Part shown: piece by piece, positions 52,833-64,000 of the stretch
Numbering within the stretch: position 1 is the stretch's first letter
How the letters are laid out: the number at the start of each line of letters is the position of its first letter
NCBI RefSeq assembly: GCF_963921235.1
Contig: NC_086097.1
Location: 204,850,001-204,914,000, forward strand
Origin: Mobula hypostoma
Lineage: Eukaryota
Direction: 5' to 3'
DNA: 64,000 bases
Program-made: the position numbers and the translations under genes
The notes under the pieces: generated by a model
Seen by the model: only the letters and a program-made list of their open reading frames with translations
Told to the model about the DNA's origin: nothing
Databases searched by the model: none

Positions 52833-53199
52833 TTATCTTTCTCTGCTTCCAATTTCAATTTAAATGTATTTCATACTTTCAGCTGACAACATAAATCTTG
52901 TAATGAAGTTGACTATTAATATACGGCTTTTAAAGCAGTGCAGTGGATTAGCAGATGAAAGCAGTAGCAATTTCAGAGCAAAATTGATTAGAAAACTCCA
53001 GCTGACTTCTCTGTCTGTGCTGGTTTGGATCATCTTAGATGTGCAGTCAGAAGAAAAGCTGAATATCTGAATATCAAGAGCTGTCTGTTGTTTGTGAAAG
53101 GCTTAAAACACAGCTTCTTGTGTAGCTATGTGTTAAGATGTGAAGTTGGAGGTCTGAGCACTGATCTACTGAGATTGTTGTTAGATAGTGATGGGGAAG

Positions 53200-53818
53200 G
53201 GGTAACTTGAGCATCTACATTTTTCTGAGGAGACTGAGGCGTGCAGGGCTCCCTGCCACCGTTCTAACACCTTTTTACAGAAGCATCATTTTGAGAATGT
53301 CCTGTCTTGATTGTGTCATCGTGTGGTACAGAGGCTGCAAGCCCCTACAGAGGATAGTTAAAAACTTCCAAGAGGGTCATCGGGGTTTCTCTCTTCTCCC
53401 CTTCCTCCCACCACCCCCCCATTTGTGACATTTATCAAGAGCATTTCACACAAAAGGCCCGAAGCATTGTTGAGGATCCATACCAGCCATCCAACAACCT
53501 CTTTGACTCACTACCAGGAGGAAGGAAGTGCAGAAGCATTTGGACCAGGACTGCCAGGCTGGGTAACAGCTTATTCCCTCAGGCTGTGGAGCTAATGAAT
53601 ATCCTGCCACCATCAAGGTCTCATCACTAGGACAGCAAGCTGTTTACTATTTACCTGTGCTGTGCAGTGAATGTATTTTGAATTATATTCTATTAACTCA
53701 TTTATGATAACATTTTGTTTTATTGCTGTTTGTGATACATATTTTGTGGGTGCACCATAGTCTGGAGGAACGTTATTTCGTTTGGTTGTATGTATGCAGT
53801 ATGACAATAAACTTGAAG
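53200..53818 (+). mobile_element. Rex1/Babar 3' end
   Basis: IFLRRLRRAGLP..LTPFYRSI; tail ATGACAATAAACTTGAA. Confidence 0.75.
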
Positions 53819-54879
53819 GAGAGTTTGTTACATCAACCTTCTTAACAGTCCATACTGGCGTAATAAAATTCTTTCTGCACTTATGAGCATTCTTAGTCTA
53901 ACACTTGTACTATCACCTACACTATTACTTGTCTATACCACACTATATTCTGAATCTACCATATGCCTGGAGATCCCTTTAAGCATATGAATACAGAACA
54001 TCTCTCCCTCCAAAACTACTTCCTCTAAAATCTCCAATGCATAGCCTGAAGATTTTGACTGCAACATTTTACATAATGGTCAACGTATCATAGACCTAAA
54101 CAACACACACAATTTCTTGGATACATTTTGCTCCTCCAGTTTAAGAAGTGAAGCTACCTTCATGCTGATTCAACCATTTATATTATTGGGTCCTTTGCAG
54201 ATGCAAGCATTCAACGAACAGTGTAGAGTGTACTGGCTGCTTACAGAAATCACAAGAAAGAGAAGGCAGTACTAATTTAACATGCTGTTTTCAATGCAAT
54301 GAACAGAACTCCAGTTCATCACGTACTTCAACTCCCAGATTTGTTTTTGGGATTTAGCCGATTTCATCCACTTGTCTTTCGGACCTCATTACTTATGTGA
54401 ACGTTATTCTTGTTTTTCAGACCTTCACGGGTTCATATCCGACTGCAAACTTTGGTGAAAACCAGTGTTTTGTTTTATACCTACACTAGCTTCTAGCTTG
54501 CCTCAGTAACAGTCTGTTTTTGCTCTGAATGGGCAAATAGCATTGTCACGATTATCAAATGATTATTTGTATTTTTGGTTTCACAAGATATAGGAAAATA
54601 TGAAATAAGTAGTTATCATTTAGGAAGTAATAAGCAATTTAAGTATCACCTTAATTTCAGTTGCAGTGGGCATTTTGAAGACAAGCGTGTCCTTTATTTC
54701 AAAGGCTAGATGAATATGCAGTAATTTGAGGAAAGTGTTATGGTAGAGACAAAATATTATGTTTCTCGAAATCCAGTTAAAAGTTAATCAAAGAGCTGAG
54801 AATTTCATTTTAAAGCTTTTCAAATGTTTTTATGGTTCCTTTGCATAACATCTGAAAATTTCATACTTTGATAACAATG

Positions 54880-55240
54880 TCCTCCAAGAGGATGACAACC
54901 TTGTCATATGGTTTGGAGACATGGCAGGGTTACCCATGACAAAAAAGGGCAAAGTGTAGAGGCCAGACTACGAGTGGTCGACCGGTCCTCCAGGTTTGGG
55001 GGTTCTGCTCAAAGCTAACAACCCTAACTGGTAAAACAAAACTGTTACAGAAATTGCAATAAAGAAATCTTCGACATCTGAGTATGACGGTATTCCTGAG
55101 TCTCCACCTGGGACTTGTATGTCTGACTGTAGTGAAAACCTAGCTACTGACATGATAAAGGAAGCCCTGAACACCGCCAGAAATGAAGGACCTTCATTGC
55201 TACCCTAAACACCAGTAGCATAATGAGAGTAGGTAGGTTA
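54880..55240 (+). mobile_element. Short RTE-derived non-autonomous element (5' UTR fused to 3' end)
   Basis: RTE-like 5' UTR motif GTCCTCCAGGTTTGGGGGTT..GCTAACAACCC..TAAAAC; RTE-like end GACCTTCATTGCTACCCTA followed by a (GTAG)n tail. Confidence 0.55.
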
Positions 55241-55338
55241 TAAACAATATTCTCACAATTATTACAGAGCGTCATGAAGGTAGGGAATTTTAATAGCACA
55301 GAAAACACCCTCAGCTCATTATGTACTGACTGTATCTG

Positions 55339-55433
55339 ATAAAAGGTCTCGGACCGAAACGTCGACTGTTTACTCTTTTCCATAGATACTGTCTGGCCTG
55401 CAGAGTTCCTCCAGCATTTTGTGTGCGTTACCT
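55339..55433 (+). mobile_element. ~95-bp PLE terminus insertion starting inside the hammerhead core
   Basis: CTGATAA-AAGGTCTCGGACC-GAAAC-GTC-GACTG...TTTTGTGTGCGTT; 10-bp TSD ACTGTATCTG at 55329-55338 and 55434-55443. Confidence 0.75.
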
Positions 55434-55569
55434 ACTGTATCTGTTACTATTTTCATTGTACTGACATTTGTCATGGGAGCCTGAATGAAACCTTACAACT
55501 GGCATTTAGTTTCCCTGTGCTTAAGGAAAACTGTCAGTTGAAGGGAGAGGAACCTGCAAGTTTAAGGAG

Positions 55570-55925
55570 ATGTGATGCTTCACGCCCAGATGAGCTCAAC
55601 ACAATTTATGCATGCTTTGAAAGGGAGAATAAAACTAAACCCATGCAAATCCTTACAACATCTGATGACTCTGTGATCTCTGTCCCAGAGGCCAATGCCA
55701 GAACATCTTTCAAAAGGGTGAACCCTTGTACGGTGCCTGGGCCCAATGGGGTACCTGGTAGGGCACTGAAAACCTGAAAATCTTCAGTCTCTCATTGTTG
55801 CAATCAGAGTTCCCACCTACTTAAAAGGAGCAATAATAATCACACCAGTGCCCAAGAAAAGCAGGGTGAGCTGCTCTGTCACACTCACATCCACTGCAAT
55901 GAAGTGCTTAGAGAGGTTGCTCATG
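55570..55925 (+). mobile_element. Rex1/Babar ORF fragment
   Basis: DASRPDELNTIYACFE..RVNPCTVPGPNGVPGRALK; PVPKKSRVSC; MKCLERL. Confidence 0.75.
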
Positions 55926-57049
55926 GCCAGAAGGCAGGATTGAACCCAGGTTACTTTAGCAATGAGGCAGCAGCTTTAACAGCATTACTGTGCTCCATTA
56001 TGCCTTCTTTAATTTCCTCCCTTCTCTTCTTGGATCTTCCACCCTTTTCCTCACTTCCTCTTCTGCTTGCTTGTCCTCAATTCTCTTTCTCCACTTGTCT
56101 CTGGTTTCCTCTGTGCTCTCCTCTTCCTGATTATGCTGATTAAGCCAGCAATTAGTGTCCTGGAAATGACTGGCTGACTGTCCCACTTCCATCACACCAG
56201 AAGTGGGGGGTTAGGGTCAGGTTTATAATTTCTCCCAACTGCTTCCATTTGGCCAAGTGTAGTGAACTTGCTGCCATGGGGACCGGTGGAGGCAAACAGC
56301 CTGGACCCATTGAAAGGAAAGCTGGTTAAGTATATAAGGGTCAAAGTAATACATGGGTTTCTGAATCGTATATACTGAAGCACAATGAATCAAATATTCT
56401 GTGGTTTATGTGCATCAGGCTTCAGTGCAGCCATTCCATCGATTCCAAACAATGGCATGAAGAGCATTGCCATTTAACGGTGATTGCAAATCAAAAAGTG
56501 TAGATACTTGAAGTTTTGAAAAGTACTGAACACTGGAAACACTCAGCATCTGTGGAAAGAAAAATCGAGTTAATATTTCAGATCTTGATCTCTGGGAAAG
56601 AAGAAAACAAACAGAATTGCAGACAATGAAAAGATGTAAGGAGAGGACAAAGGAAATATTACTTAGCAGGTGCAGCCAGGTTTGCCATGGTTACATTGCA
56701 GTTCATTGTATGGAATAGTATTTACAATATAATGTGTTACCTGCTGTACACTTGTACTGAAATTGCTGTTGGAACTTTTGGAGGAACTCTTTGAATATTG
56801 GAATGATATACCGTTCAGAAGTTCAAAGTACATTTATTGTCAAAGTATGTATACTATATACAGTCTTGAGATTCATTTTCTTGCAGGCAGCCACAATGTA
56901 AAGAAACACAATAGAACTAAATCAAAAAACCCACCGAGCAAAGACTGTCAAATACCCAATGTGCACTGAAAAAAGATACAGTGTACACAATGAAAAAGTA
57001 AACCAATAACACTCAGAGCATGTACTGCTGAGTTACCAAAAGTGACTCC

Positions 57050-57312
57050 ACAGCCACAGAGCCAGTTCAGCATCACAGACGTTCCAGGAACCTGATGGCT
57101 GCAGGCCACAGTCACAGAGCCAGTTCAGTGCTAAGGTGAGTGGCTGGTCCAGGAGCCCAATGGCTGCAGGCCACAGGCACAGGGCCAGTTCAGTGCTAAG
57201 GTGAGTGGCTGGTCCAGGAGCCCAATGGCTGCAGGCCACAGGCACAGAGCCAGTTCAGTGCTAAGGTGAGTACTGATGGTTGCAGGCCACAGCCTCAGAG
57301 TCATTTCAGTGC
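57050..57312 (+). repeat. 65-bp tandem repeat (~4 copies) within a Rex1-tailed element (~56815-57312, minus strand)
   Basis: GGCTGCAGGCCACAG recurs at 57097, 57162 and 57227, with degenerate flanking copies. Confidence 0.85.
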
Positions 57313-59449
57313 ACCATTATATTTTACCTCAGTTTTATGTTACACAGATGCTTCTCTATTTGTTCTACATTGTAGTACTTGATGCCTTTCATACGAGCTA
57401 GTCGTTAGTTCATTTTGTTTCTTATTCAAATTATGTAGTCAGATCTGTGATCACATCAAAGAAATGCTACAGCAGTGAGTATCTGTCAATAGATGTATTG
57501 ATCTGTCTTTAATTATTTGACTTCATTGCAGTACAGGAGCTCAGTCTCTCCAGCTAATTTGTGCCAGATATTGGGGATTTGCAAAGTAACATATGATGTA
57601 CAATTCTTTAAAATATTCTATTGCACGAGTGCAGTATAAAGAGTGCATTTCAGAAATTTTGCTACAGCCAATAATGAAACCCTTATTGCTTATGGTTGTG
57701 GGACAACCTCAGGAGAAACCGACGCTCCTTTATAAAGATAAACTGTGCTCATCATATTGAACATTTCACCTAGTATTGCTGTGTGTACAATCCTTTTTGC
57801 CTGAAGTGGACACCTCAATTTAATGTTACTTATGAGAAAGCAATTATGAGATTATTTTCTGCCATCTGATTGCTGAAATATCCAAAGGCTTTGCACCAAT
57901 AGTAGAATGTTATATTATAAACAAAAATAAAGATTTTATTTTGTTCCTTTGTTGGTATTCACTGCATTTTTCAGGTCCGTCATACCTTGAGCAGCCCTTT
58001 CTTTTTTTGTAGTTATGGTCATACTTTACACAGCCAATAGAGGGTGTCTTTGTAGCCCTGTCTGTTCCTAGCAACCTTGAATGTTTCAAATTTCATCAGC
58101 CCTCATTGAAATTAGTTTAAATGGCTAATAGCAAAGAAGAAGAAGTAAACTTTAAAATGAATACTTCTTTTGGTTTACATAAAATAATTTATCAATTTTC
58201 CACAATTCTAATCAGTCAGAGTTGAGGGAAACATTGACCAAAATAAATACGATAAATATATATTTTTCCTCCATAACAATCTTTCATATTCTATCATGTT
58301 TTCATTCATACTGCAATCTCGCAATAGAATGAAATCTGACATCTCACTTCCACAGGAAATCACAGGATTTCAAGACCCACCATATCTAAAGCAATGCACA
58401 AAAATTTGTAAATAAATGGTACTGGATTAAGGAGTCAGAAAGTCTCTGCTTTTTCACCATTGTTTGCATGCTTGAATAAACTGCTGGAACCACATAACTT
58501 GTCAGTCAATTTCCCGGTTGGGAATTGATAGACCAGTGATTCCCTACTGGTCTCTTGTTCATAGCTGAAAAAGAATGCACATTACTGAAGTGAATGAAAG
58601 AGGAAAACAACAAACAGATCTCAAAAAGAAAAACTGAGTGAAGCTGGCAGAGAAATAAATCAGTCAGAATATGGAAAGAAAACAATACATCACAGAAAAC
58701 TGTTCCAAATACTGTATACCCCAGGAAAGCTGAAGGAAAGCAAACATTTGCACATGCATAAAATTTATGAGGAGAAACAGCAAATTTCAGTGAGATACAT
58801 TTTTCACCTACCGATGAAATGTACGGTATGTGGCATTATACCGTGAATGTATATTTGGTCCCAGGGTTTCAAACTCATTCTGTGAGATTTGGGGAACCCC
58901 TGCAGTGGCTGGCAATGCATTCTACATTGGTCAGGTATTCATTCCTTACTCTTTGATATAATTCTACACTGTTCAGCTAGTGTAATCTATCGGGTATAGT
59001 AACTTATTCCACAGTAGTTGGCTAAATTATTCTGTAAGATGTGACTGATATATTGACCTATTGACTGACAGCCTGTAGTACTTGGGTAACTCATTCTGAT
59101 TTTGGCAAACTCATTCTTTGGTGCTGAGATATCTTATTCTGTAATGCTCACATAACTCATTCTGTGATGTTCTGTCCTCTGATTCTGTGACTCTCTAATG
59201 ACCCATTCTGTAGCACTTTGATAACCCATGCAGCATTGTGTTAACACAACCTACTTTGCTTGGGGAAGTGTAAGCTGCAATGACCAGGCAACTCATTCTG
59301 ATGTGCTTGAGAAACCAAATCTGTATTGTTTGGATAAATCAATCTAGCACTTGGTAACTCATTCTAAGGTCTCCAACTAATTCAATCTGTAGTTGGATAA
59401 TTCATTCTACATACCTAGTTAATTCATTCTGCAGTGCTTGGAAAATTCA

Positions 59450-61430
59450 TGTGTAGGATAGAATTAATTAATGATCTTATCATGAAGGCAGCCCAAGGTA
59501 GCAGCAATCACACCATGATTAAATTTCACTTTAAGCTTCAGGGAGAGAAGAATGAGCGCAAGACTAAAATTTTAACCTTAAATCAGGATAACCTTCAGGG
59601 CATGAAAACCGAGCAGTCTAAACTGAACTAGCAAATTAGTTTAAGGGTCTGCCATTTGAGATACAGTGGCAGACATTTAAAATTTGCATTCTAAGGAGAA
59701 AACAAAATTTCAAGGGAAAAACATCTGTAGTTAACAAAAAAAAACAATTTAACAATAACCTCAAATGTGAAGAAAAAGCTCATAATTATGTAAAGACTAA
59801 TGATAAAGTTTAACAAGGAAGGAGCAGTTAGTGATAACACTGAACAACAGGTGACAAGAGTTTCTGAGATTATCTTTTTAAAACGGAAAAGGATCTAACA
59901 AAGTGAGCATTATATCGGTGGAAAGTGAATCTGTGAAATTAATAATGGGAAACAACATGGCAGGTGAATTAAATAGGTTTCTGCATCATTTTTCAGTTTG
60001 GGAAACAATACATTTTTCAGTTTGGGAAGTATCATCTCAAAAATAGCTGCAAAACATTAATTAGAAGCAGTAAGGAACAAAGGAACATTGCAATTGCTAG
60101 GTTACTGAACAAATTGTAGGTTTTGCAGGCTGACAGTTCTTCAGGACTTGATGGACTTCATTAAAGGAAGTGAGATAGTTGGCTTTTTAAAATAAGAGGC
60201 CATTTCAGCTCTTCAAGTATATGCTGGCTCACAGAGCAATCCCATTTCCTCACTAATTTTCCCGGTAACTTATTCTTCTTTCATCTCCATCAACTCCCTC
60301 TCCCCCTAGATTGTACAACTTGCCTGCACAAAAGGGGGCAATTTAGGTGGTCAATTAAATACCAACCTGCACTTTGGGATTCGGAAGAGTCTGAAATTGC
60401 AGGAAATTTTGTACACTCTACAAAGGCAACACAGGAGGTCAGGACGGAACTCAGAGTCATTGGAGCTGTGACCTAGTTGCTCTACTAACTCTGCCAACGT
60501 GTTACTTTCAATTTCTCAAAGTTTCCCAGGCTGGAAAGGAAAATAAAACTTTATTCAAAAAAGGGAATCGCAGAGTAAGGAGCTACAAGACAGCTTAACA
60601 TCTGTCAGAGGAGCAATATCAGAATCCAATATTAAAACTATTACAGAAAATAACTTGGAGTAATAAGGCAAAGTAAATATGATTCTGTGGCTAGAAAATT
60701 GTTTGATCAACTTATTGGAGTTCTTTGAAGAAGTAACATGCCATGGATAAAGGGGTTTCAGATTTCCAAAAGGCATTTAAAAGGTGACACATGTAAGGTT
60801 CTCATGGAAAATAAAAGCTTCTGGTGTAGACGTGAATAAAATGCTGGCTGGTTGACAAGACACAGAATGCAAACATAAATGTATCTTTTGTACAGTTCAG
60901 CAAGATATTACCAATGATATGCCATGAAAATTGTTACTGGGGATTGACTTTTTGCTATTTATATAGACTGGAGTGAAGGGATTAGAGTTACGGTTGCTGA
61001 CACAAAGATGAATAGGAAAATTGTGAAGAAGATAGGAGATTACAAAGGGAAAAGATAGATTAATTGTGTGAGTAAAGAGCTGAGTTTCATGCAGAAATGT
61101 GAATTGTTCATCTTGGCAGGAAAAAAACTTTAAAAAAGACATGTCATTGGTGAAAAATTGTAAGGTCTGAGTTGTAGAGGGTTCTTGTGACCCATTTACA
61201 AGACACTAGAATGCAGGTATTGCAATTAATTTGGAAGGTTGACAGAATGTTCTTATTGCTTGATGAATTGAATGCAAAAGTAAGAACGTCTTGCTTTATT
61301 TATACTTAAATTTGGTGAGACCACTCTGGAGTAGTGTGTGCTTTATTACTCTCCTTATTTAAGGAAGGATATTAATGATTTGGAAGGAATTCAAAAGATC
61401 ACTTGACTGGTACTTGGAATGGCCAGGAAG
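59450..61430 (+). mobile_element. Very decayed CR1 ORF2 containing a minus-strand V-SINE (~60196-60502)
   Basis: GSSNHTMIKF (SDH motif), MAGELNRF, NLLEFFEEVT, DFQKAF and LVRP motifs. Confidence 0.65.
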
Positions 61431-61884
61431 TTATGCTTAGCAATTGATATGTGGATCTTGCATAATTTATTCTGTACTGCTCAGGCAATTCAACCTGTAG
61501 TTCTCAAGTTATTCAGAGTATAATGTTGGGGTAATATATTTAGTATGTTCCGGTGTCCCATTCTGTAATACTTACGTAATTTCATTGTTTGTGCTCAGGT
61601 GATCTTTCTCTACCATTTATATAACCTTAACTGTACATGTAGCATAGGGTCCATATGTTCCATTCTGAGTTATTTGATAATTCATTTTCTATCCCTCATC
61701 TAATTAATTCTGTATGGGTTGTGTATTCTATCCTGTCGCTCTTGAGTAATTCCTTCTACACAGCTCTGGGAAATCCAACTGTATTGTTTTGAGTTTAGGT
61801 CTCATATTCAGTAGTCTTGGCTAATTCATCCTATGCAGGTTGGATGCTATATTCAATTAGACTCAGGTGATTTAGTCAATAGTT

Positions 61885-62450
61885 AGGGGTGGCCATGGGT
61901 ATAAGCACTCACTGCTTATTAAATGCTCCCATTGGTGTGTGTCTCAATAGCCTTTGGCAACCAAGCCCAACTCCTGGCCTTCATATTTGGCATAGCTACT
62001 AAGCCTGACAGGACTATTTCTACTGATAGGAGAAGGGGCGAAGGTGGGTTACCGGCACTTTAAAGCCTGTCGCTTTGGGCAGATGGGGCTCTTCAGTCAT
62101 GGTTGATAGTGCACCTAGGAGAAGGAAAACTCTGAACTCCACTGCTTTGTGGCTGTGCCTATTCATGGAGAAAGCTTTGGGAGTAAACCATGAGGAAAAA
62201 TCTGGAGCTGGAGCATCTAAGGCAGCCCTACCTTGAGTTCAGTGCTGACTGGCAACTCCTGTGATGCCACTGATGCCAATTTATATCGGTCTCTGCAGTT
62301 CCTTTTGATTTATCAGCTGCATGGAGAAGGGAAGCCTGATACATAGGCAACAGCTTGTTCTCCATATCCTACGACCCAGCCTTGTGTACTGGGTTGCATT
62401 TCACATAGAATGCTGGCATGCATCATCCATGGTGGGCCTCAATTCAGCGG
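61885..62450 (+). mobile_element. RTE-related non-autonomous retroposon
   Basis: GC-richer non-coding block with the RTE-type 5' UTR motif CTAGGAGAAGGAAAACTCTGA and GGGAGTAAACC..GAGGAAAAATC; it interrupts the minisatellite. Confidence 0.5.
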
Positions 62451-62600
62451 CATTGAAGTAATTCCTTTAAGATGTATGTCATTTATTCTGTAGAGTTCAA
62501 GTATGGTATTCTGTGGTGTTTGAGTAATTCATGCTGTAAAGATCAGCTCTGGGAGTTTGTTGCCCTCATTTAATTAATTCTACACCATCCAAACACCACA

Positions 62601-62790
62601 ACACACATGAAATGCCGGTGTAACTCAGCAGGCCAGGCAGTATCTATGGAAAAAAGTTAGCATGTTCTGTTGAAGGATCTTGGCCCAAAACATGGACTGT
62701 TTACTCTTTTTCCATAGATGCTGCCTGGCCTGCTGAGTTTCTCCAGCATTTTGTGTGTGTTGCTCGGATTTCCAGCATCTCTTGTTTGTG
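62601..62790. mobile_element. Fold-back PLE mini-element with a decayed hammerhead on the plus strand
   Basis: Arms ACTCAGCAGGCCAGGCAGTATCTATGGAAAAA / TTTTTCCATAGATGCTGCCTGGCCTGCTGAGT; centre CTGTTGAAGGATCTTGGCCCAAAACATGGACTG; TSD TCCAAACACCACA (62588-62600) / TCCAAATACCACA (62791-62803). Confidence 0.82.
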
Positions 62791-63481
62791 TCCAAATACC
62801 ACATTCCGCAGGATTCAAGTAATTCATTCTGACACACTTCTAATTTGTAGGGTGTGAATAACTTGCTCTTTAATTTTGGGTTTCATATTCTGTAGCACCC
62901 ATTTATTCTGTGGAGTTTGGGAAATTCATTCTGCCTTGTTTAGATCACTCATTCTCCAGCATTCAGTTTGCTTGGCTGGTAAGGGGTGGATGCTGCATTC
63001 TGTTGTACGTGGGTAATGAGTTTAATCCATAATCCTCAGGTGATCGTGTTGTAATACTCAGGTAAGCCATTCTCTACTGCTCAGGTAATTTATGCTAAGG
63101 TATGCAGGTAACATATTCTCCAACATAGTTCAATCAATCTGCATTGCTTAAGAAATTCAGTCTTCATTGATTGGGTAATTCATATTGTAGATTTTGGGTG
63201 TCGTATTTTCTGGCATTTGGCTGATATATTTTTCTATTGCCTGGTTAATTCACTTGGTGGTTATATAGTTTCCAGTGCTCAGGTAATTTGTTCTGAAGTA
63301 TTTGAGTAATACATTCCTATGGACTAGATTAAATCATTCAGTAATGCATGGATAATTCCTCTGAAGAATTCAGGTATTGTACTCTGCAGTGCTATAGCTA
63401 TGCATTTTGTAGCATTCAGGTAATGTAATTTGGATATTTTGGGTTTCATACACAATGCCCACAAGTAATTCAGCCTCTACA

Positions 63482-63660
63482 AATAAACTCTCCTTGGGCT
63501 TCCAGCCAGGTACAGGTATCAATTTTAACCAACATTTCGGTGATGAACTCTGTCACCTTCATCATGGAAGATGCCTGGTCATATCTAGTCCAGTGGCAAT
63601 TATACACCTGTTATCCATCACTCCTGATTGGTTAGTCCTCACCCAATCAAGTTTCCACTG
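63482..63660 (-). mobile_element. Terminus of a second PLE family with a decayed hammerhead
   Basis: Minus strand: CATGATGA-AGGTGACAGAGTTCATCACC-GAAATGTT-GG, then ...CTGGCTGGAAGCCCAAGGAGAGTTTATT. Confidence 0.55.
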
Positions 63661-64000
63661 TCGTATATATAGCTTTCCACTGTACTATATATATAGTATT
63701 GTTCCCTCAAAACAACAAATTTTATGACACGTGGCAGTGATATTAAATCTGATTCTGATAGCATAAGGATAGTTTCCATTTGGGTGAATCATTTTTCAGG
63801 TAATTCATCTTTTAGTGGGAGAGTATTATATTGTATCGAACAAGGTCAATTCATTCTATAGTGTCCAGGTAATACCTTAGTGAAAGGTGGGTATCATGTT
63901 CTGTTGTGCTTGCAAAATTTATTTTCTAGCATTTTAACTAATTAATTGCAGAGATTTGGATAATGTGTTCTTTAATGGATGGGCAATTCATTCTCTGGCT

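Larger units (their letters stand above)
58860..63995 (+). repeat. Degenerate ~23-bp minisatellite (approx. CAGGTAATTCATTCTGTAGTGCT), interrupted by TEs
   Basis: CAGGTAA at 63059, 63082 and 63105; dozens of TAA(C/T)TCATTCT variants at 58860-59445 and 61450-63995. Confidence 0.7.

Noticed and set aside
57050..63995. CRISPR-like arrays
   Set aside because: These are tandem units with no unique spacers, no cas genes and a eukaryotic context.
1..64000. LINE strand bias indicating host gene orientation
   Set aside because: Younger CR1s are mostly on the minus strand, but older CR1s and Rex1s occur on both; there are too few events to infer anything.

Overview
This is eukaryotic, repeat-dense, non-coding DNA (intronic or intergenic). 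The repeat content (HE1/V-SINEs, CR1/HER1-type LINEs, Rex1/Babar LINEs, a DeuSINE) points to a cartilaginous fish, probably a ray; this is an inference. I cannot support any host protein-coding gene, RNA gene or CRISPR array, and every long ORF is a transposon remnant or its antisense shadow. The window holds nested CR1, Rex1/Babar and RTE LINEs, an IR/DR-type Tc1 copy, a Tc1-type and a hAT-type MITE, a solo LTR, several SINE families and a degenerate 23-bp minisatellite. The most interesting system is a Penelope-like retroelement (PLE) family (RT + GIY-YIG, Neptune-like) that carries a minimal hammerhead ribozyme at its 3' end. It occurs as a 2.4-kb head-to-head fold-back insertion, a 5'-truncated copy, and 100-200-bp non-coding hammerhead-bearing mini-elements. 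All have 10-14-bp target-site duplications (TSDs), and the two-armed ones share an asymmetric 'short end / tailed end' rule. Both coding copies have the same +1 frameshift in a poly-C run between RT and endonuclease. Family names come from motif recognition, not database searches, and boundaries of decayed elements are approximate.
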